Below the pieces are notes generated by a model, which searched no databases, had not been told where the DNA came from, and worked only from the letters and a program-made list of their open reading frames with translations. Below, one piece after another: positions 53,740 through 64,000 of a stretch of 64,000 bases of DNA. Within the stretch, counting starts at the first letter, position 1. Each line of letters opens with the position of its first letter. Source of the stretch: Octopus bimaculoides. Its lineage: Eukaryota. Position numbers and translations under genes: made by a program. Location: contig NC_068982.1 of the NCBI RefSeq assembly GCF_001194135.2, positions 65,124,928 through 65,188,927 on the forward strand, read 5' to 3'.

Positions 53740-54003
53740 ATATAACCTCTAGTGGCTAAATATATATACCTGAGCTTTTGTTTCCATATTTCTGTAGAAT
53801 TACACTGCCTTTACTTTTTTTAATAATTTAGAAAATAATGACAAATTTAGTGAAATAGCTTTGACATTATTAAGCTGGTTAGTGGATCATAAATTAACAT
53901 GGAATTTTGAAAGACTGTTTCAATTTAGATCACTTTTAAAACAGGAATTTTGTATCATAGAACTAGGGGTGCTTTCAGGTAGATTGGTATCAGAAGAGTT
54001 AAT
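53740..54003 (+). mobile_element. MITE family 2
   Basis: Alignment to 13310 and 55839 copies. Confidence 0.5.
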
Positions 54004-54345
54004 CTTTCTTTACTGGTTCAGAATATCAATATCTAACATAGGCATATGGTATTAAATTTAGAGGGAAGGATAAAGGATAAGTTTATTTCAGTGGGGTTTG
54101 AACTCAGAATATTAAGTTATGCAGTTAAATACCACTAAGCATTTGATCTGTCACTTTACAATTCTAAACTTCATATAGTAAAACTAAATTTTGACTCTTA
54201 AAAAATAGAATCAAGAATGTTATTGTTGGAGCACGTAAGGGAAGTACCCAGCATATTACAACAAAAAAATCAAATAGTTTGGTCACTGCAAACTCTGTAC
54301 ATGTGAGAGAGTGTGTTGAGAGGTACAGATTTTTTTAAAGTATAG

Positions 54346-54720
54346 GCACAGGTATGGCTGTGTGGTAAGAAGTTTGCTTCTTAACCATATGCTTCTGGGT
54401 TCAATCTTTCTGTGTGGCACTGCAGCTAGAGCTCCAAGCTGACCAAAGCATTGTGTGTTAATTCGATAAATAGAAACTGAAAGAAGCCTGTGTGTGTATG
54501 TGTGTCTGCCACCTTGCCTTGACATTGTGTGATTGTTGTAAATGAACATCTCCATCATGCTTCATTCTCAGTTTTATATGAAAACATTCTCTGGTCATGG
54601 GAAGGTATCATCTTATTTGGAAACAGGCAAGGGTTAGCAACAGGTAAGGATTATAACTGTAGAAATTCAGCCTCAACAAAAATTTGTCCAATTTATACAA
54701 GCATAAAGAAGTGAATATTA
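54346..54720 (+). mobile_element. Composite SINE: family A head + family D tail
   Basis: A head to (TG)n, then TATGAAAACAT...TTGGAAACAGG...GCATAAAGAAGTG. Confidence 0.65.
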
Positions 54721-55401
54721 AAGTGAAGTAAAAAAAAAAAAAAATGAAGTAAAACAAAAAAATGAAGATTTGTATGGAAAATAGTTTTCAATACAAGCTT
54801 TTTGAGGAAGTGTGGAATCTAAAAATATATCCTTGTGTGGTAACTGGCATTCAAGAAATACACCTTGTCATTGTAGAGAGGTGAGTTATGTACAACTTTG
54901 GTATAAATTAAATGTCCAGTTACCATACACATATGCACACAGTCATGAGTTAGATTATAAAAAGAGTTTATTTTCAAACTAGCCATTTTTTAAGATAGAT
55001 TTTGCTGCAATTTCATTTGAAAGTTTCTGTTAGTTGCAATAAATTTTTAATGATATTTAAATAAATCAATTTAAAGGCAAAATTAATCCAATTAATGTTA
55101 TTTCCCTAATGGAGTCCAGCATCAATATGGCAGAACTGATTGCCAATTAAATAGCATGATATTAAAACAAAATGAAACAAAAAAATAAAGCAGTAAAAAG
55201 ATTATAATGAAAGAAAATAAACCAAACCACAATGCATTTGCAGTTAGTAAGTCTGCTTTCAGTTGCCTATGATGCTGATATTGATATCATCAGATGGTTT
55301 TGGTTATAAAAGATACACAGAACACATCGCCTCTGTTAAAATGAGCATCTTTGTTAATAACATTGTTGAAAGAACCTCCTTCCTTCACTCTTTCTGTATA
55401 G

Positions 55402-55435
<34 letters not shown>

Positions 55436-55838
55436 CTTTCTCATCAAAATGTAATAACATATAATCTAAATGAACAATAAACCACTTTTGCTTCCATTTC
55501 AAGCAATTAGAAACAAATTAAAATAAAGATACAGATTGCAATCAGCTTGATAGTGTGTGAAAATTCAATTTTACTTTTTATTATCTGCCAAGCTTGTTAA
55601 ATTTAATATCTAATGAGAGCCATATTTCCCTCACTTTTAAGGGCTTCTTTTCACATCACGAGCCCATAAAACTCCATGTTATCTACGGAAGTTAATTTGA
55701 ATGCCCCACCGCCATTTCAGTTAGTAGTCTCTATGGCATTTGAAATGGAGGTCATTGAAATTTATTAGGGAAGCAAAGTGATATATTCAAACTTCAAATA
55801 AGACTAACATATTTCTTTACACTGATGTTTTTGTCTTT

Positions 55839-56127
55839 AACCCAAAGATATTTCTGTCCTTAATTTTCCAGGTTTAACAATTTTTTTAATGTTTCTTGAC
55901 CCTTTTGTTATATTTCTGTTGATATATACTACTTTTGTTTCAATTCATTTTTGGAATAATGAAGAATTTAGTAGAATAACTTTGGCATTATAAAGCCAGT
56001 GTTTGCAGCATAAAATTTATGCTCCAACAGTTTGATGGAAGATTTTGATTTATATCTCTTTAAAAAGGCAAGTTTGTATCATAGAAACAAGATCAATGTC
56101 AGACAGGTTGGTATCGAAGGGGTTTCA
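55839..56127 (+). mobile_element. MITE family 2
   Basis: TTAA-CCC left end, GGTATCGAAGGGGTT right end. Confidence 0.55.
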
Positions 56128-57348
56128 TGGAAATAAAACTAAAAGAATAAAAAGTCATTGTTCTTTAGTTCCAGTTGGCTCTGATGTAAAAAACTTGTGA
56201 TGAAAGATGTTCAAATTGTCAGATATAGCTGTAAGATCTTATAACTGCATTATCAAATATATTCTTTTTAAAAGATAGTCGTGTAGGATTAGAGAGATAA
56301 GGAGAGAGAGATGACTGCTACTTTTAGCTGGTTGAGTGGCCTACATAGATCTTGATTTTCAAAGCAATCATCAGTCTTTGTCTTCATCATCATAACCACA
56401 TTATCATCACCATCAATAGCATTTTACATCTGCTTTCCATGCTGGCATTGCTAGGACTGTAGTCACAGTCCAATTCAATTCCTATTCAGACTTACTACCT
56501 TCCAGAGGACCATGTCTAACTCCTTCCCTTTGTGGCTTGGTTTCTACTGCAGGTGAATGCTCTTTGCTCTTCCTTTCACCAGGTACTTTTATACATAAAG
56601 CAAAGGCAGAAACTATTTAATTTCATCATTTGTTAACATGAATATATAATGATGAGTTACGTAGAAACCATACCTAATGGCATAAAAAAGATGCATGGGC
56701 ATATTCAGGAAAAATAGTTTTTAGTGTGATAAAGCTTATGGAACTCAAGGTGGGTTTTTTTTTTTTTTTTTTGGAGACCCTTCTATAGGGTGAGGAAGCA
56801 CATTTTATGTCCTATCAAAAACAATATGTCTTCTATATTTTTCATGTTTATTTTTGATCATGATATGTGTTTAACAAAATCTGAATCACTCTTATATCTT
56901 CAGAAATATGTTATGTAGTATTATTATTATTTTACTAGTTTTGAGATAGTAGATTGGCAGTATTCATAAAACATTTTTAAAATGCTGTGGGGTATTTGCT
57001 CTAACTCTTTACACTTATTTATCTTTCAGCTGATAGTAGTACAACAGTCTGTTCACTTAACTATCAGAGACTTCATAAAAAGCACAAAGGAAATATGAAG
57101 AGCCCATTCCTATATTACCCTTCTCCTTGTGCTCTTATGCAATGAATGTCTACATGATGTACACCCCATGTATGTGACATTTATTTTGGAATGTGGAATC
57201 CTTGGGGGGGGGGGACAGATTGTGTCACTTGATTGAGCAAGCTTAGAGACTTAAATCTTTTCCACTTGAATTCTGTATATATCATTATCCTTTTAGAGTT
57301 AGTGTAATCCACTGCTCCCTCCCTCAAAATTTCTGGCCTTGTACCTAT

Positions 57349-57900
57349 AGGGCTTTCCTATAAGGTGTTATCCACCCCTGATTGGAACTCTCCCGTATGA
57401 CATGTACGCATGCTCAGTGACTTGCTTTAACAGTTGCAATCAGCTGAATGCACATTGCCAGTGACATTTGACATAATTACCCACACTCTGTGGTCAGGAT
57501 TCTTTTTTTGGTTTGATGTCAGTATCGAAGGGATTACCAGACACCAGACAATACAGTGAGAGCAGCTTTCACTCACATCGTGGTATTCGATGCTGTGTAC
57601 GTGTCTGTCGTGGTAAAATATNNNNNNNNNNTTGTTGACATTCTTCATCGACAAAATTTTTATTCCTTTCAACCTTTCAGTCAAGTCCGCCTTTCTTCCA
57701 GTAACATACTGTCCATATAATCTTAAATATTTCTTTAACTCAGGCACAGTAAGTACTTCGATAGCTGAATCATCAAGCTGCTTTATATCCATGATAAGAC
57801 ATAAAACAATAACAATGGCGTGGGTTAGCCTCCGGAAGTTTAATTATCTACATGGAGCGCCGCCTAGCCAAGGGAGATAACCTACTTATAGGAAAGCCCT
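57349..57900 (-). mobile_element. Non-autonomous SAP-SWIM TIR transposon (ISL2EU-like), both ends intact, inserted in a SINE B tail
   Basis: Perfect 16-bp TIR AGGGCTTTCCTATAAG; AT duplicated (57347-8, 57901-2); empty site CCTTGTACCTATAGTAGAAAG matches the SINE B tail; 10-N gap hides ~235 bp present in copy 1. Confidence 0.88.
57427..57792 (-). pseudogene. SAP-domain / partial SWIM ORF of the element
   Basis: MDIKQLDDSAIEVLTVPELKKYLRLYGQYVTGRKADLTERL fits the SAP consensus L(T/K)V.ELK..L+..G...(S/T)G.K..L..RL. Confidence 0.75.
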
Positions 57901-57935
57901 ATAGTAGAAAGATTTGTTATTATTATTATTATTAT

Positions 57936-58490
57936 AGAGTGAGTGAGAGAGCAGTGCATGCTGTCACAGTGAGACAGAAGTACAAATATATGAAGCCCAT
58001 TATACCCATCATAACTACCTGTTTGATAAGGGTACACCTGGCATATGCTTCACAACCATATGTGCGCGACATGGTGATCTCATATCAAGATAAACAGTGC
58101 ATGACCTTGCAAGTGGGGCCTAGTTAGAATTTTCTTCAGGTCAAGTAGCCCATCCTGCTTAAAAGGCCCCTGAATAAGGTTTGTTTAAGGATGTTGAATG
58201 AAACACCCATGTTTCCAAAGGTGAATTATTCAAACCCCAAAGAACTCCTCTCAACACATGGCTATGATGCTCCCCCACTACTTCTGCTCGTGATCAGAGA
58301 TGCACATATCATCAGCCACCAAGGGACATGCTCAACTGGTTAAAGTCAAACAACTGACAAGCAAATCTGTGGTATTGAGCTGTAGCCCATCTTTTATACC
58401 AAGACAAAACATATACATGATAACACTTCCAATCAGTTGTGACCAGAAACCATGAAAGCCAGTGCTTGGCATTGCATAAGGGTATTTATT
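57936..58490. mobile_element. Unclassified ~550-bp GC-richer probable interspersed repeat between (ATT)n tracts
   Basis: Compositional island bounded by (ATT)n on both sides; single copy in the window. Confidence 0.35.
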
Positions 58491-59099
58491 ATTATTGTTT
58501 ATTATTGTTATTATTATTATTATCATCATCATCATCATTGGTGGTAGTTTGCAGTGTCAGTAGAGTGCCAGAAAATAAAAATGCCTTGTAGTACTTACTT
58601 GGTCATTACCTTCAAAACCTGCCAAAGTCAAATTTTACCTTTTCATCTTTTCTAGGTCAATAAGTGCTAGTCAAATACAATGGCGTAGAGTTTCATATAA
58701 TCGACTATTCCCACGACCAAATAGCATAGCTTTGTGCTAATAAATCATTATAATTATTATCATAATTATTCATCACAATTACAACAATTATAGTCCAATA
58801 AATACATGCATATGCATGTATATCAGTACAGTGTAAATTATAGTATATAAACTGCTTTCTAATAATTTTTTTTTTACCCTAGAGATGCAGCTTGATCTTC
58901 TCAAATTAGTTTATTATATTAGCTTACAAGTTCACAAACTCAAAGTTAGTGTGCTTTAAGACCATTTTAGCATTCCTGGCAGACAAAATGGCAAAGTCCT
59001 TCTCTTATCACGACATTCAAACTAACTTTGTTTTCTGTACTCTATTAAGCTACAACAAATATGATGTCTCCTTCTTCCTCACTCACTACCACCACTACT

Positions 59100-59520
59100 A
59101 CCATCATTGTTTTAATAGACACTTTTCCATGTTTGCATGGGTCAGATGTAATTCATTGAGGCAGGTTTTCTATGGTCTGTTGCTCTTCCTGTCACCAACC
59201 CTCACTTGCTTTCAAGCAAGGTAATAATTTCTGTGGCGAGACATGTTTTCACAGACAATTGGAAACAAATTTCACCAGTTCCTTGATGGTGACAGTTATT
59301 TATAACTATCATACAATGTAAAGACAAGGAAACTCAAATAACAAACACACATAATCACATATGACAGGTTTCTTTCAACTTCTGTCTTCCAAATCCATTC
59401 ACAAGGCTGTGGTCGACCTTGGACTATAGCAGAAAACTCTTGTCCAAGGTATCATGCAGTAGGACTGAACCAGAAACCACGTGGTCAGGAAGCAAATTTT
59501 TAATCACACAGCCATGTCTG
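59100..59520 (-). mobile_element. Composite SINE: family A head + family D tail
   Basis: Same architecture as 54346-54720. Confidence 0.65.
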
Positions 59521-60313
59521 TGTCTTATAATAGTACATACATGAATGAACAGAGCAATAAAAGCAGAAACAAGAACAGTCTCAATTTATGCTGAAAATTC
59601 CTGAAAAGGCTTGAAAAATCATTAAACCAACTGTAATGTGTAACTTAGTGTACTGGTGAACATGACTAACAAACAGCAAAACCCTAAACCTGTTCTAATA
59701 AAGTTATCCTAATATTTACATTTCCAAAATAGATTAACTGAGGAAAATATACACAAATTAAATTGTCTTTTCTAATTTACTAGGTTTTAATTCAGTCATA
59801 GGAAAATCATCATCCTGTTTGATTTCTTTTCTAACATACACTAATTTTGACAATGACATGTTATAGGATAAAAATGTTCCCAGCCGCAAATAACTGGAGG
59901 AGTTACACAGCTAACTACTCAAGTGTAATGCATTATTACCATTCATTTTGCAATAAATACAAAAAGAGAAAAAAAAAAAAATACACAAAGTTATATTGAT
60001 TATATGTGAACTATAACAGAGAAAGAACATTGTTGTATTGTACACTCAATATGTCAGTGCAATTTCCTTGCAGGCATTACTTGCAAGAGTTTATATAAAT
60101 TTCGTTCAAAACATCTGTTTAAAAATGTACAGAGAGTAGTAAACTGTTTAGATATGTTAGAATAAAGAAATAAAAAGATTTACTACCGACTTTCTTCAAC
60201 ATGAGATATTAATTCTACACAAAATTTTACAAATAAATAGTGATTTCTTGAAGCATTTTCATTTTGGATAATAATAATAATTATTATTATAATAATTATT
60301 ATTATTATTATTA

Positions 60314-60540
60314 AACGGTGAGCTGATAGAACTGTTAGCATGCCAGGCGAAATTATTAGTGGTATTTTGTCTGTCCTTATATTCTGAGTTCAAATTCTGC
60401 CAAGGTTGAATTTGCCTTTCATCCTTTCGGGGGTCGATAGATTAAGTACCAGTAAAACACTGGGGGTCGATATAATCGCCCCCCTCCCCAACAATTTCAG
60501 ACCTTGTGTCTATAGTAGAAAGGATTATTATTATTATTTT
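60314..60540 (+). mobile_element. SINE family B
   Basis: Full head to CCTTGTGTCTATAGTAGAAAGG-(ATT)n tail. Confidence 0.88.
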
Positions 60541-60719
60541 AACATCTATTTTTCCATGCTTGCCTGGGTCAGACAAAGCACCAAGTGAGGCAAAGTTGAC
60601 TTCAGTGGAACTGAACTCAGAATGTAAAGGCAAACGAAATGCAACTAAGCATTTTGTCTGGCATACTTATAGTTCTGCCAACTCACCTGCCATGATAATG
60701 ATGATGATAATAATAATAA

Positions 60720-60940
60720 TAATGGTTTCAAATTTTGCCACAAGGGCAGCCATTTTTGGGGAGGGGATAAGTCGATTACATTGACCCCAGTGTTTCACTG
60801 GTACTTAATTTATCGACCCTGAAAGGATGAAAGGCAAAGTCAACCTCAGTGAAATTTAAACTCAGAATGTAACAGTAGATGAAATACTGCTAAGCATTTC
60901 GCTCAGCATGCTAATGATTCTGCCAGCTTGCTGCTTTAAT
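60720..60940 (-). mobile_element. SINE family B, inverted relative to the 60314 copy
   Basis: Reverse-complement alignment. Confidence 0.88.
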
Positions 60941-61493
60941 AATGATAATAATAGTAATAGTGTAAACTTGAAGACAATTTCATATAATAAATGTCAAATG
61001 TTTAAACATCACTATAATCTGTCCATGAAAAAAAATGAAGTCAATGGAAATATTGTTGGAAATATATATTAATGTTTATAATGCATGTCTTTATGTGCAA
61101 CATGACCCTACCAAAACACAGTAACATCTGTTTTAACACATGGTTTCACATGAAGTCTTGTGAAACAAATGCAAAAAAGAAGTATATCATACCTTAAACA
61201 CAGTCTCACAAGTTTGAATTTTCATCATGTAATATCTATTTTATTTAATGATGTTTACATTAAACTCCAGTTTCTCTCATGTCATCAAAGGAGTCTATAA
61301 GCTTCAACTTTCTACATTAGGTTTATCTTCAAAAGAGTTATAAATTTCTTTTCATATTTTTGGCTGTATCTTATTTCATTGAATAAATACAGTTAAAAAA
61401 GAGCTAAGGTAGTATTTGGTCTAATTTTATAAATTGCATTTATTTCAGAAACCATATATAATGTCATATATGCAATTATCACTAATCATGAAT

Positions 61494-61718
61494 TTAACCT
61501 TTTAGCATTCAGATTGCTCTATCAAATGTAATGCTTATTTTTTCACATTGTTTTGAATTAATCATGCATTATTATCTCATAATTTTGAGATTTCAGTGAT
61601 GTGATTGTTTATTTTTAGAAAGATACTGTAGGTTAGGTGTGAGGGCTTGGATCTGGCTGGTTTGAACATAAAACAGGTAAAATATTTGGGCTGAATATGG
61701 CCAGTTCAAATGCTACAG
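61494..61718 (+). mobile_element. TTAA MITE family 1
   Basis: Alignment to 53404 copy; right TIR decayed. Confidence 0.8.
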
Positions 61719-63000
61719 AATGGAAACAATTTGTATCATTCTTAATCCAAGTAGAAAGACCTGCAAATATCTAGATTTGTAGTATTTGGTATTGTCTATT
61801 TTACCATGAAAAACAGATGTTAAACAGAATTTTAGCCTTATGAAAGAAATAAATGATAAATGAGAAAGAAATTATCACACTAATGAAATGAATTCAGAGA
61901 CATGTATTACAGTGGTCATTATACCACTGCTCTGATACTTTAATGAGGAGTCATGGGTTCAAATCCCACCAGATCGACTTATTTTTAAAAGAGCAATATT
62001 CCTGCATGGTCACAGCTCACTGGCTGGAATCAGTAAAAGAATACTTTTGAAGTTGCCTGACTATTTGTGATCAGATGTATTCGTAAGGAAATAATCATTC
62101 TATTGATCTTAAGATGTAGGAGAATAGGAAAGTGGCATTCATGCCTTTCTCAAGAGTGTTAGTGAGAATGAAACTTGGATAATTAGTTTGAATGTTTACC
62201 CTCTGTTATGAGCACACACCAACTCATCTATAGGATAGAATAAATCTAACACGACACAATTGGTAGATTATCAGAGAAAATGGTTCGTAGTATGTAGTTA
62301 TCACTTTGTGAGAATTGTTGTTGCTTTATTTATTGATTATGTTCTTGGTTTGATTTTACCAAAGATCAACTTCACCTTCCATTCTTTCAAGATTGATAAA
62401 GTACAAGCCAAGCACTGGAATTAATATAATCAACTGAATTCCTCCATTCAGAATTGTTACTCTTGTGCCTAAGAAACAATAATTAATTAAGAATGAAGGC
62501 AGTGGTGAATGACAGATTTTTAAAATACCTTTTATTCATAAATCTGCTTTAGCAGAGGTAACCTGGGCTTAATGGCTTGCCTCGATATTTCTAGGTTTGG
62601 ACGTATTTCAAGTACAATTTCATCTCAAGCTTAGCCAATGCTGCTCACAAACTATAATGAAGTGTTTAAAGAGGCTTTCTTCTCGGGGCCTTTATGAACC
62701 TAAATAGGTTTTTGGTTTTTGTATATTGCACTTAGTACTGGTATGAGTAGCTACTGTTCATGTCATGAAGTATCTCCAGCTGCCATTATAATCATTTATG
62801 GTAAAAATTTCTTTGTATTTATAATGTACACGTTGTTCATTTACTGTTATAAATAAATGAACATGCCATGTTGCTGGTTCCCTTATCTAACATATTTCCC
62901 AGCTGTGTTTGACCGTCGCACTTTTTTTTGACTAATTGTATCAGGCTTTTTTTCTTAATATATAAAATAAAACCCTCTCTATCAAAGTATGTGCGTATAC

Positions 63001-63038
<38 letters not shown>

Positions 63039-63873
63039 TCCTTATGATGCTATCAAGCAATTACAAGCTCTTTAATATATACACTTTCTGAAGACATATC
63101 TTCTTTGATGATAATTGTGATGGTATCATTACCATGCCAGATGTTTACCATTTTCATGGCACTGAACTTTAACCTTTCTTTGTTCTTTACTAAAGAGACA
63201 ATTGCAAATACAAATACAAAACAAAAATACTTTCTAAAGAACAAGAATAAAATAGATAATAAAATATTAGTTCTACAACAATAACAGCACATATCAGTAA
63301 AACATATGATATTAGGAAACAATATAGTAAAAATTCATTATAATATAAGTGGCAATGTATATGAGAAAAAAAAATGATAATTTGATATATATCTCTATAG
63401 CATAGTTGTAATTTCTTCCAGATTTTCAATTGGAAGAAACCAGTTCCTTTTAAGGAAGCCGTAAATATTATTATTGGTACTAAAAACTATTGAATGAAGA
63501 ACAGATGGGGGTTGGGGGGATAAAACATTTTTATATGCAATTGTGTGCTTGTGTGTTATACCCACATGCAAATGCTTGTGCATACCTATGCATAACTCAT
63601 AGAAGTATATGCATGAGTGTGTATAAAACTTAGATTTCTCTTTCATACGTGTGTGTGTGAGGTGTGAGTGAGAGAGAGAGTGAGAGAAAGAGAGAGCAAA
63701 ACAAACAAAAATACATGTGTGTATATTAGTCACATAGCATGAGTAAATTGTAGACAAAAGTTCTTATCACTATGAGCCAATATGTAAAAATGTTTTCTTC
63801 ATTAATATATATATATACACATATATATTTTTTTCCCCTCCTTCTTTCTCTCCTTGTTTCTTTCTGTGTGTTC

Positions 63874-63909
63874 CTTTCTGTTGAAGAGCGTAGGCTCGAA
63901 ACGTTAAAG
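63874..63909 (+). ncRNA. Penelope-type minimal hammerhead-ribozyme-like motif
   Basis: CTTT-CTGTTGA-A-GAGC(GTAG)GCTC-GAAA-CG-T-T-AAAG: stem I, variant core (A6 to U), stem II, GAAA, palindromic AACGTT stem III. Confidence 0.5.
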
Positions 63910-64000
63910 ACTTTCTCTATTCCTGAGCGTTATACTAATACATCCATTTGTTGTTTACTCCACCTGTCTTCGTCTGTTGGTTTTTCGTGAATTCTCCTAT

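Noticed and set aside
55262-55400. Exon-like segment on either strand (AYDADIDIIRWFWL* or GGSFNNVINKDAHFNRG...)
   Set aside because: Ambiguous strand, abuts a microsatellite, no recognisable family

Overview
Animal genomic DNA, not prokaryotic: very AT-rich, saturated with microsatellites, with 12 N-gaps mostly at microsatellites (short-read scaffold). The SINE repertoire is the one I recall from octopus/coleoid cephalopod genomes (inference, not a database hit). Almost all ORFs in the supplied track are microsatellite, N-gap or repeat artefacts, and no host protein-coding exon could be identified with confidence. What the sequence does support is a layered transposon record. (1) Two near-identical, oppositely oriented copies (2604-3139, 57349-57900) of a small TIR element with 16-bp AGGGCTTTCCTATAAG ends, encoding a SAP domain plus half a SWIM finger (ISL2EU-like by inference). 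(2) Two L1/Tx1-like elements that carry only a CCHC-knuckle ORF1 followed directly by a 3' tail shared with a tRNA-derived SINE subfamily. (3) A full-length dead Tc1 (DD34E), a CRE-type RT relic, a Helitron Rep fragment and RTE 3' ends. (4) hAT and TTAA-flanked MITEs, a 210-bp near-perfect palindrome, and a Penelope-type minimal hammerhead-like motif at the window end. A CpG-retaining domain (~25.5-41.2 kb) with tandem NRF1-type motifs at 26.5 kb lies between two CpG-depleted domains, suggesting a promoter/intergenic island between methylated gene bodies. No CRISPR, rRNA or genuine tRNA genes were seen.
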